Assembly (NCBI GenBank): GCA_965197645.1
Contig: OZ240219.1
Span: forward strand, 1,888,001-1,952,000
From: Dehalococcoidia bacterium
Lineage (GTDB): Bacteria > Chloroflexota > Dehalococcoidia > Plut-88900
Length of the DNA stretch: 64,000 nucleotides
Reading direction: 5' to 3'
The notes beneath the pieces were generated by a model that did no database searches, had not been told where the DNA came from, and saw nothing but the letters and a program-made list of their open reading frames with translations. A program made the translations under genes and the position numbers. Every line of letters begins with the position of its first letter. Positions within the stretch are counted from its first letter, which is position 1. Shown piece by piece: positions 56,026-64,000 of the stretch.

Positions 56026-58631
56026 TCCCTCTCATCCCCGTTCCCAGCCGCCTTGTAGTCGGCTAGGCCGTCCCGGTCATGCTTGCTGCGACGCTTCCAC
56101 CGCCGCAAGGGCTGAAGGGCCTCGCTCTCCTCCTCTTTAGCTTCTTGCCGCGGAGAGGAGTCTTCGCCTTTCTCTATGGTGTCCAGGCCTCGCCTGTACT
56201 CCTGCACCTTCTTCTGCGCTTCTGCATCGCCGCCGGCTATGTCCCGGGCATCGGTGACATATGAGGAGGTCCCGGCGCGAATGTGGGCCGCCCTCTCCGG
56301 GTCTCCCCCCTCTGGTTTGCGCACCATCATGGAGAAGGCGGGTACCCGCGTGGTGCCCACGGTGGCGCGGACGTAGCAGTGGTACACCGGCAGGGACGTG
56401 ATGTCCTCCTCGGACACCCGGTCCCTGCCCAGCTCCCACACCAGCTGGCGGGCGTCTGACCCGGCGACCTGGAAGACGGCCAGGCAGCCGACGTTGGCCA
56501 GCAGGGTGTCCCGCATGGTGTGGGAGAGGTCGTCCAGCTTGGCCAGGCTCTGGGTGGCCAGGATGAAGGAGGCCCCGAACTTCCCCAGCTCCGACAGCAT
56601 GCTCTCGTAATCGACGCCGGGCATCGACTGCATCTCGTCCACCACCACCAGGGCGCCTCGCCGCTTCTCGAAGGGCAGGCTTCCCTGCTCCCGTATCACG
56701 GCGTCCACGAGGTTGAGCAGCGAAGCGCCCACCAGGGCCGCCACGTCCCGACCCGCCGTCCCCTGGGCGGTGGAGACCAGCAGGATGCCGCCGTCCCGGA
56801 TGGTACTGCGAAGGTCGATGGTGGAGCGGGGCTGTCCCAGGATGGCCCTTGCCCGCTTGGAGGATGCGTAGTAGGAGAGGCGGGTCTGCACCGGCGCCAG
56901 CGCCTCCGCCTTGTACTGGCGGTGCCAGCTGGCGAAGTCCCGGGCCCACCACTCCAGGAGGTAGGGGTCGTCCACCTTGGCCAGGACGGAGTTGCGGAAG
57001 GGATCGTTGGAGAGCAGCTTCAAACCATCGAGAATGGTGTGCTGCTCCTCGGCGCTCGTCGTCGGGTGCTCATTGGCCTCGTGGAGGGTCTTGACCGTCT
57101 GCTCCAGGATCGACTGCATCCTGGGCCCCCACTGGTCCCAGAGGCCCCTGGCCACGCGCACCACCGAATCGGCGGTGCGGTCCCTGTCCTCGAAGATCCT
57201 GGTGTCCAGCAGGTTGATGCCGGGAGCGCCCCGGTCGTCCGCCAGATCAATGAGGCGCACCCGGTGGATGAGAGACTCCGGGACCTGTTCCAAGAGCCCC
57301 TCCACCAAGTCGGCGTGGGGGTCGACGACGACGATGGCGTCGTCATCCCTGCCCGCCGCCTTCTCCTGCATCTTGTGAACCACGATGTGGTGCATCAGGG
57401 TGGACTTGCCCATGCGGGTGCGGGCCACGTAGAGGTGGTGGCGACGGGCCACGTCGCCGGGGAAGTGGACCTTCCGCGGCGTTCCCGTGGTGGTGTCCCC
57501 CACGTGCGCCCCGTCCTCGACGCTACGCGCCGTGGGAAGGAGCACCCTGGCCCCTGAGCGGGTCACCAGGGGCGTTTCGTCCCGCTCTCCCGGCGGGTGC
57601 CATAGAGCGGCTACCTCCCTGACGCCCAGGATGCTGCGCCTACCCAAGAGCCCCGAACCTACGGGGTGCAGGGATACTGTGGGCACAGCCGGCCGTACCT
57701 TACCCACTGTGAACCTTGCCCCGGCGGGGTTGTCGTAGTGGCGGTATGCCGCCCCCACCTGGCCCAGCAGCTCCCTGGCCCGTTGGGGCCGGCTCCCCTG
57801 GGGCAGGACGGCGACGACCTGAAGCTCGGCGTCGAAGGCGATGCGGGAGACCTTCTCCTTTATCAGCAGCGGGTCGTACACCCGGGAGCGAACCCTCTTC
57901 CAGCGGTGCCAGGCCCAGCCCGCCACCGCCAGCCCCAGGGCCGTGCCCGCGCCCAGCAGGACCGCCTTCCAGGTCTCCCCTGCCTGAACCCACAGGTAGC
58001 CCTTGACGGTCGCCAGCACCGCCACTCCCAGGACGGCCATGGTGATACCGTCGACCTGGAGGGGCCTGGTCTGGTAGGTGTAGGGCGGGTCCTGGCGCTC
58101 GACCACCGGGCGCTTGTGGGCCCTGTCCATGTGGGCCTGCGACCAGTCGGGTCCCAGGGAACGCAGAAGCAGCCGCGCCACGATGCGCTCTCCCGCCTTC
58201 AGGTCCGACAGGGAGCCCAGGAGGGTGAGTAGGGGATCGGAGCCGGGGTCCAGCAGGTCGTCGTCTCGGAAGGTGCGCAGTGGCACGTACTCGGGGCCGC
58301 TGGACCGCAGGGTCATGCTCCACGCCTGCTCTCCCTCGCCGGGGCGCAGGGGGTCCTCTTCCTCGGGCACCTCGCGTATGCTGGCCTGGGGATAGTGGAT
58401 CAATATCTGCTGCCGCACCACCTCGCCGTCGAGGCAGCGGGCCATCAGCGTGACGCCGTCGGCCTCCCCCGCCAGCTCCAGGGAGAAGGGCTCGGGGACG
58501 GCGATGGACTGGAGCAGGTTCTCCACGCCCAGCAGGGTGCGCTCCCCCGTGCGCGGCGGCGTCACCGCCAGCAGCACCGGGGACCTGGGGGTGGTCTGGC
58601 CGAACAGTATGTGCTTGGGGTTGAGATTCAT
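56022..58631 (-). CDS. Type IV coupling protein (VirD4/TraD-like)
   Basis: RHHLYVARTRMGKSTL, VVDPHADL, VVVDEMQ, LATQSLAKL and LLANVG; two TM segments. Confidence 0.88.
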   Translation of the reverse strand: MNLNPKHILFGQTTPRSPVLLAVTPPRTGERTLLGVENLLQSIAVPEPFSLELAGEADGVTLMARCLDGEVVRQQILIHYPQASIREVPEEEDPLRPGEGEQAWSMTLRSSGPEYVPLRTFRDDDLLDPGSDPLLTLLGSLSDLKAGERIVARLLLRSLGPDWSQAHMDRAHKRPVVERQDPPYTYQTRPLQVDGITMAVLGVAVLATVKGYLWVQAGETWKAVLLGAGTALGLAVAGWAWHRWKRVRSRVYDPLLIKEKVSRIAFDAELQVVAVLPQGSRPQRARELLGQVGAAYRHYDNPAGARFTVGKVRPAVPTVSLHPVGSGLLGRRSILGVREVAALWHPPGERDETPLVTRSGARVLLPTARSVEDGAHVGDTTTGTPRKVHFPGDVARRHHLYVARTRMGKSTLMHHIVVHKMQEKAAGRDDDAIVVVDPHADLVEGLLEQVPESLIHRVRLIDLADDRGAPGINLLDTRIFEDRDRTADSVVRVARGLWDQWGPRMQSILEQTVKTLHEANEHPTTSAEEQHTILDGLKLLSNDPFRNSVLAKVDDPYLLEWWARDFASWHRQYKAEALAPVQTRLSYYASSKRARAILGQPRSTIDLRSTIRDGGILLVSTAQGTAGRDVAALVGASLLNLVDAVIREQGSLPFEKRRGALVVVDEMQSMPGVDYESMLSELGKFGASFILATQSLAKLDDLSHTMRDTLLANVGCLAVFQVAGSDARQLVWELGRDRVSEEDITSLPVYHCYVRATVGTTRVPAFSMMVRKPEGGDPERAAHIRAGTSSYVTDARDIAGGDAEAQKKVQEYRRGLDTIEKGEDSSPRQEAKEEESEALQPLRRWKRRSKHDRDGLADYKAAGNGDERE

Positions 58632-58658
58632 TGTTTTCTCCCTTCCGTTCCGGTGTGC

Positions 58659-60881
58659 CTACCTGTGAGAGCCAGGTTTCCACTCGATGACCTCGGCCTC
58701 CTCGGGGGTGGCCTCGATGCGCACGGGGAAGCGGCCGCCCCTGGCGAGAAGAAGCCCGTCCCCCCTGGGACAGGACAGCAGCCAGCGCTGCAGCTCCTCG
58801 GGAAGGTCGAAGGCGTCTCCCACCGTGCTGATGGCGGCGGCGTCCTGCTGAAGCAGCAGCTTGAAGGCGGCGTTCTGCAGGAGGGCTCTCCCCGAGTGGC
58901 CGGTGATGGCCCGGGAGGAGTCCTCGCTGAGGAGGTCCTGGACGTCCTGGGTGATGAACTGCAGCCCCAGCCGGTGCTTGCGGGCCCGCTTGGCCATGGA
59001 GACCATGAAGGCAGCTCCCTCCGGGTGCTGCATGATCGACCACACCTCGTCGACAACCAGCAGCCGTGGCTTGGGGTCCCGTCCCGCCGCGGCCCACACC
59101 GTCTCGGTGCAAACCATCGCCGCGGCGGGACGGAGCTCCGGCTCCAGCAGACGCAGGTCGAACACCGTGACCAGCGCCTCCTTGGACAGGAGATCGTCCC
59201 CCTCGTCGGAGAGGAGGTGTCTGAGGCTGCCGGTGGCGAAGGGTCGCAGCAGCCGTGCCAGGTCGCCGTCTCCGTCGCTTTCGAGATAGGCGTAGAAGTT
59301 CTTGAAGCCGGTGCGCTCCCGGGGCTGGGCGTAGTAGCCCGCCAGGGAGTGGTCCAGGGAGGCCCGGCGCTCCGCGCCGAGGTTCTCCCCCACCATCACC
59401 TCGATCAGCCTTCTCAGGCTGCCGATGCGCTGCAGAAGCTCCTCCGAGTCTCCCCCCTTGATGACGAAGGGGTTCATGCCCTGGCCGGGCACCCCCGGTG
59501 AGAGCACCCTGCCGCCCGCGGCCCGGGCCATGTCGGCGTACTCCCCCTCCGGGTCGATGACGTAGGCCGTTACTCCCCGTGTGATGCCTCGAAGGACGCC
59601 GAGCTTGGTTGCGAAAGATTTACCTGACCCGGACCTTGCGAGGACGGCCGTGTTGGCGTTGAGGTGGGTGCCGTCCCAGGGGTCGTAGTCGATGGGGGAG
59701 CAGGCCCGCAGGTCGATGCCGTAGAGGGTTCCGCTGCGGGTGTCCAGGTCCGGCGGAGAGAAGGGGAACAGCCTCGCCAGGCTGGAGGTGTCCAGAGTGC
59801 GCCACACCGCCACGGCGTTGAGGGCCAGGGGCAGTGTTGACAGCATCCCCTCCCTTTGGCGAAAGGACAGGGCGTCCAGCTTGCCCAACGTGGCGGCGAA
59901 GTGGGCCCTGGCCCGTTGGGTGATCTCCTTGAGGGATTTTAGGTCGTTGGCGTGTAATGTGATCGATAGAGACGAGTGAAACAGCCGCTCCCTTCCCCGC
60001 TGCACCTCGTCTCTGAGCCGGGTGACATCCTCCAGGGCGATCTCGGCCTCCGGCGACATAGTGCGGCCCCGCTTGAAGGAGAGGGACTGGGCAGACTCGA
60101 AGCGCACCTTCTGCCACTCCAGGGTGCGAGCTGCCTGCTCCGCCGGTATCGGCCCCAGGTGGATGGACAGGTCCATGGGCGCTCCCGCCGCCATGAGGCT
60201 CTGCAGGAAGCCGGGGGCCAGGGACCGGGGCCACTTGCCCAGGTGCAGCGAGCGGGTGAGGCGGCCGCCAGTCGGATGGCCTGGAGGACCGATACGGATG
60301 TCCCGGCGGTTGATCTCCACCTCCACCGGCTCGCTCTCGTCGACCTCCCTGGGAGAGCCACCCAGGGTCGCGGCCAGGAGGAACATCCGTAGCTGGCGGC
60401 CCTGCAGAGGGTGGACCGACAGACCGGCCCTTGCCAGCAGGCCCCGCAGCTCCTCCACCCGCTCGAACTCGCAGGCGGCGTAGAAGCGCCGGTCGAGGAT
60501 GCCCTCGCGGGCTTCGAGGTCGGTCAACAGGCGCTGAAGCGACTCCGAGGCCACCTTCGTCTGCGGGGGCAGATCATCGGGCTGGGCTTGGGCGAGGTCC
60601 TCTCGAAGGCGGTCCAGGCCGGGCGGGTGCTGGCGCACCAGAAGCTGCACCGGAAAGTCCAGGGCGTTGAGGGCGCCGGCGAAGGCACCAATCTTGGGTT
60701 GGTCCAGCTCCAGGCCCATCACCTCGCAGACGCCCAGCTTCACCCTGTCCAGTCGAACCGGCCCGTCCTCCTCCAGGTGGGAGAGCATGAAGCAGAGGGG
60801 CAGTGGGAGCGGGGGCTTCCCCGCCTGTGGCTGCCCGGCGTTAACGTCGGGAGGTTTCTTCTTCTTGGGTATGAGTCTCAA
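58659..60881 (-). CDS. VirB4-like conjugation ATPase
   Basis: VLARSGSGKSF, IDPEGEY, LVVDEVW, KRARKH and ITQDVQD. Confidence 0.9.
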   Translation of the reverse strand: MRLIPKKKKPPDVNAGQPQAGKPPLPLPLCFMLSHLEEDGPVRLDRVKLGVCEVMGLELDQPKIGAFAGALNALDFPVQLLVRQHPPGLDRLREDLAQAQPDDLPPQTKVASESLQRLLTDLEAREGILDRRFYAACEFERVEELRGLLARAGLSVHPLQGRQLRMFLLAATLGGSPREVDESEPVEVEINRRDIRIGPPGHPTGGRLTRSLHLGKWPRSLAPGFLQSLMAAGAPMDLSIHLGPIPAEQAARTLEWQKVRFESAQSLSFKRGRTMSPEAEIALEDVTRLRDEVQRGRERLFHSSLSITLHANDLKSLKEITQRARAHFAATLGKLDALSFRQREGMLSTLPLALNAVAVWRTLDTSSLARLFPFSPPDLDTRSGTLYGIDLRACSPIDYDPWDGTHLNANTAVLARSGSGKSFATKLGVLRGITRGVTAYVIDPEGEYADMARAAGGRVLSPGVPGQGMNPFVIKGGDSEELLQRIGSLRRLIEVMVGENLGAERRASLDHSLAGYYAQPRERTGFKNFYAYLESDGDGDLARLLRPFATGSLRHLLSDEGDDLLSKEALVTVFDLRLLEPELRPAAAMVCTETVWAAAGRDPKPRLLVVDEVWSIMQHPEGAAFMVSMAKRARKHRLGLQFITQDVQDLLSEDSSRAITGHSGRALLQNAAFKLLLQQDAAAISTVGDAFDLPEELQRWLLSCPRGDGLLLARGGRFPVRIEATPEEAEVIEWKPGSHR

Positions 60882-60902
60882 CTCCGTGTTCTCCTTGCTC
60901 TG

Positions 60903-61214
60903 CTATGGAATAGGTACGATGCCGTTCAACAGGGCCACCGCCACACCCTTGGCCGACAGGACAAGGACCAATCCAATAACCGCACCGACGACGGCGCTCC
61001 TGGCCCTTCCTCCACCCCGCTCCTCGCCTCCCTCGGCCATCAGGACGAACCCCGCCCAGACGATGGCAAAGAGGCACAGGCCAGCGGCGGCGTAGGCCAT
61101 TGCGGTCAGGACGTCGTTGACCGCCCGGAGCATCTCTTGCTCCTCGGCCGGGGCCGCTCCCGTCGAAACCAGCGCGGCCCCGGAGAGAAGCAGTACTGTG
61201 GCGAGCCGTCTCAC
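60903..61214 (-). CDS. TrbC/VirB2-like pilin
   Basis: Signal peptide plus two TM segments, IVWAGFVLM...ARSAVVGAVIGLVLVL. Confidence 0.7.
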   Translation of the reverse strand: MRRLATVLLLSGAALVSTGAAPAEEQEMLRAVNDVLTAMAYAAAGLCLFAIVWAGFVLMAEGGEERGGGRARSAVVGAVIGLVLVLSAKGVAVALLNGIVPIP

Positions 61215-62932
61215 CTGGGCCTCCGCCCCTCTAGGATCTCGATCACGTCGTTCAGATCCTCGCCGGTTAGGGGCACCTGCTCAGCGGGAAGCGTTTCCGG
61301 TTCTGCTTCGGGCAGCACCAGCGTCTCGAAGGGCTTGTGGGAACCGATGCTCGACCCCATCACCAAAGACTCGCCCCTGGTGCGGGTGAAGGGCCGTCGC
61401 GCTACGATCTGGGCCTCCACCCGCTCCGGGTGAACGACCTCGACAGTGACCTGCCGGTAGACCAACTTGCTGGGCACCGACAGGTGAGCCGTGACGACGT
61501 GCTCCGTAACCGTTCCGTCGGCATGCTCCACCGTGACCGTCTTACTGACGGTCCTGCTCACCCCGGGGCGCAGCAGGCTCACCGTTTCGGTGACGTACCC
61601 GGTCCGCTCCCGGTGGTGGGTGAGCCGTACCAGCGGGGGCATGGCGATGCGCAGCGCCGCCTGCAGGTCGGCCTCTATGGTCACTTCGTGAACAGCCGCG
61701 CCCACGGCGACGTCAACCCGGAAGGTCATGTCACCATCTGCGATGAAGGGTACGCTTGCCCGGGAGCCGCCAACGGTTACCGTGACGCCCCCGGTGACGG
61801 CGGTTACCTGGGCCTCCATCAGGGCCGTCTCGGTTACACTCTCGTACCCGGCCACCGTCTGGAGCCTGACCGCCTCCTCCACGGACGGAGCGCAGTCGGA
61901 GCGGACGACGCCGCTGACCTCCGCCGGCGTCCAGCCCAGGGAGACGACCCGCAGATCGCACAGCTCCCCTTCCACCGAGGGCAGGGGATATGGAAGCTGC
62001 AGGTCCCTGAGGGTATAGGCCCCGGCCTGGGACAGGCCGTCCACCCACGAGAAGGTGAGGGACGGCGTCGGGCCGTGCAGGGGCAACGAGTAGTCGGCCC
62101 GCTCCCCCTGTTCAAGTCTCGACGATCTCCAGAACCGCTGCATCCGGCCGTCCGGGCCGCCGTAGGCCCGCACCCTCAGGTACAGGTCGGTGGAGGCCCG
62201 CAGGGTCACCTGGGCCCGGTCTCCGGAGACCTGCAGCCCCTCGACGTAGACCCTCCTACCGGGGACAGGCTCGGGCACCTCGAACTCGATCTCGTCCTGC
62301 CAGTGGTCGTCGGCCGACGCCGCGTGGGGAGCAGCAACGGCAGCCACCGCCAGGGCAACAGCCAGGAACGGAAGCCACTTCCTGGGGGTCTTGTTTCGCC
62401 CGGTTTTGCGGGCCACGACCTCGTCTCCCTTGGTCTTGATCGCGGTCTTCTTCTCCTCTACGACCCCGCGCCGGCGGCGCTTGCCGAACCAGCCGTGGGG
62501 ACGGAAGGGCCGGCGCCCATTGCGGCGCTCTCCCCTTCTGGTCCTCTTCAGCCTGTCAAGGCCGCGGCCCAGACGTTTAGCCAGGAGGCCGAGGGAACCG
62601 GGTTTGCTCTGCACCGGCGGGGGTGGCTCGCTGCGCACCAGCTGGGCCGGAGGCCCGGCGTAGCGCCGCGCCCCCAGCCGGAACCGCAGCAGGTCGGCGA
62701 CCACCAGCGGCAGACGCCTTCCCCCGATCCTCCCCACGATGGTCGCCACCCCCGCCAGGCCCTGGACGACGGCCAGCGCTATCCTGGCCTCCGCCGGGCC
62801 CAGCGGGGCGTAGCGGTATACGCCGTAGGAGAGGGCGCACACCGCCGTCAGGGCGACGATCTGTGGAAAGGTGAACCACAGCAGCACCCGGTCCTCGGCC
62901 TGCACGTGGGTCGGCACCTCGTGCTCTCTCAT
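61211..62932 (-). CDS. PrgI family protein with long extracellular extension
   Basis: MREHEVPTHVQAEDRVLLWFTFPQI, TM pair, then beta-rich C-terminus. Confidence 0.7.
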   Translation of the reverse strand: MREHEVPTHVQAEDRVLLWFTFPQIVALTAVCALSYGVYRYAPLGPAEARIALAVVQGLAGVATIVGRIGGRRLPLVVADLLRFRLGARRYAGPPAQLVRSEPPPPVQSKPGSLGLLAKRLGRGLDRLKRTRRGERRNGRRPFRPHGWFGKRRRRGVVEEKKTAIKTKGDEVVARKTGRNKTPRKWLPFLAVALAVAAVAAPHAASADDHWQDEIEFEVPEPVPGRRVYVEGLQVSGDRAQVTLRASTDLYLRVRAYGGPDGRMQRFWRSSRLEQGERADYSLPLHGPTPSLTFSWVDGLSQAGAYTLRDLQLPYPLPSVEGELCDLRVVSLGWTPAEVSGVVRSDCAPSVEEAVRLQTVAGYESVTETALMEAQVTAVTGGVTVTVGGSRASVPFIADGDMTFRVDVAVGAAVHEVTIEADLQAALRIAMPPLVRLTHHRERTGYVTETVSLLRPGVSRTVSKTVTVEHADGTVTEHVVTAHLSVPSKLVYRQVTVEVVHPERVEAQIVARRPFTRTRGESLVMGSSIGSHKPFETLVLPEAEPETLPAEQVPLTGEDLNDVIEILEGRRPR

Positions 62933-62945
62933 CTCTCTCCTCCCT

Positions 62946-63296
62946 CTATCTCGGTCCAGGGCCTGTGGCGGGGCCGGGGCCAGGGGCGGTACCGCCGCCC
63001 CCGTCGCCGGACCCGCTGCTGCCGACGCTGGTCGTGGGCTCGGGCAGGTCGGGGTCCACCGGCGATCCCACCACGGCGTTCATCACCAGTTCGACGATCC
63101 CGTAGGCCACCATCGCCAGCACCACGCCGGCTACGGCGGTCATCATCGCCGACTTGCCCCGCTCCATCTGGTGGGGCGCCCCGGATGCCGTCAGGTACAG
63201 GTAGGCCCCGTAGACGAAGTAGCCCACGCCCACCGCTCCCACGACCCCCAGCAGGATGCCCACGATGTTGGATATGGTCTGGGTAAGGTCATCCAT
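62946..63296 (-). CDS. TrbC/VirB2-like pilin
   Basis: YGAYLYLTASGAPHQMERGKSAMMTAVAGVVL. Confidence 0.75.
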   Translation of the reverse strand: MDDLTQTISNIVGILLGVVGAVGVGYFVYGAYLYLTASGAPHQMERGKSAMMTAVAGVVLAMVAYGIVELVMNAVVGSPVDPDLPEPTTSVGSSGSGDGGGGTAPGPGPATGPGPR

Positions 63297-63439
63297 TCCT
63301 TTTTCTCCTGTCTGCTTTCGTTTTTTCTCCTAGCTACCGGTCGGCTCAATCTGTTTACTTGCACATCTCCCCACCTCCTCTGCGTGATGATTGCTTTACG
63401 CTGCAGTTGTCGTATATCTCCGCTCATGCGTTGTTGTCG

Positions 63440-64000
63440 TCACTCGCGGGCGCTCCTGGGCGCTGCCCCACCCTGTCCCCCACTCGCTGGGGTGGCCATC
63501 TCCGCCATCGACCGGATGCCGGAAGAGGCCGCCGACACACCGGCTCCCGCAGCCGCTGCTCCCGCCGCCATCCCGCCCGGGCCTCCGGCGGCCCCGCCGG
63601 CCAGCAGGCCGAGGGTTTTTGCCGACCGCATCAACGTCCCGGGCAGCGAGAAGCCGAAGTAGAGCGCGCTCAGCCAGGAGTCGAAGGTGCCGGCGTTGCC
63701 CATCATCGAGGGCACACGGGTGGCCATGTAGACGAAGGCCAGCGACATCAGAAGCTTCCACGCCAGGTCCCGCACCGGCTCCACGTCGCCTATGCCGGCG
63801 AACTCCCCCAGGAACCCGAACCCCAGGGCCAGGGCGATGAGCTGCACCGCCTGCTGGAACACCGTGGTCATGAAGAGCCGCAGCCAGTGGCGGCCCCAGC
63901 CCGCCGTGTGGGGCAGGATCCACAGCCCCAGGGCGATGGGCGCCAGTGCCAGCAGGATGTCGATCAGCGCCAGGCGCAGGATCATCTGCACCAGCACATA
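63440..64000 (-). CDS. VirB6/TrbL-like conjugation membrane protein (5' end outside window)
   Basis: LRLALIDILLALAPIALGLWILP..W, TM segments and Gly/Ala-rich tail. Confidence 0.75.
   Translation of the reverse strand, partial: YVLVQMILRLALIDILLALAPIALGLWILPHTAGWGRHWLRLFMTTVFQQAVQLIALALGFGFLGEFAGIGDVEPVRDLAWKLLMSLAFVYMATRVPSMMGNAGTFDSWLSALYFGFSLPGTLMRSAKTLGLLAGGAAGGPGGMAAGAAAAGAGVSAASSGIRSMAEMATPASGGQGGAAPRSARE

Larger units (their letters stand above)
12376..64000. mobile_element. Composite integrative conjugative element / defence island (continues past window end)
   Basis: tRNA-adjacent integrase and AlpA, HTH/ImmA switch, serine recombinase remnant, duplicated relaxase and HTH genes, T4SS genes at the right end; no attR seen in the window. 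Confidence 0.8.

Noticed and set aside
61337-63286. 649-aa plus-strand ORF, and similar long ORFs at 25660-27039, 26055-27194 and 57700-59112
   Set aside because: Alternate-frame or antisense shadows of recognisable genes in very GC-rich DNA; Arg/Pro/Gly-rich with no motifs
12376-64000. attR direct repeat of the tRNA-Ser 3' end
   Set aside because: No copy noticed in the window; the element probably ends further right

Overview
High-GC bacterial chromosome segment. The gene content (tandem amidohydrolases, acyl-CoA dehydrogenase, MOSC, MFS) suggests a Chloroflexota/SAR202-like host, but this is inference. Positions 1-12.4 kb are mostly core genes (glmU, a CPA2 antiporter, tRNA-Arg, catabolic genes, tRNA-Ser), plus a GmrSD-Schlafen fusion gene directly behind tRNA-Arg. 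From tRNA-Ser(GGA) to the window end lies a large composite integrative conjugative element. Its left part has a tyrosine integrase, AlpA and a phage-like HTH/ImmA switch, followed by remnants of a second related element. Its right part is a conjugation module (relaxase, VirD4, VirB4, pilins, PrgI, VirB6) that runs off the window. The cargo between them is a dense defence island: an ATPase plus PLD-like nuclease pair; a CD-NTase followed by an HExxH protein; a CapH/CapP-type regulated ubiquitin-like (Ubl, DUF6791-ThiF, DUF6527) operon that continues into GT32 and GT25-sulfotransferase-like-GH16 genes; a DUF6615 nuclease; and a type III R-M locus interleaved with a PIN toxin, an ART-like triad and a RelE-UvrD fusion. 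All family calls come from motif recognition by eye; no database searches were run.
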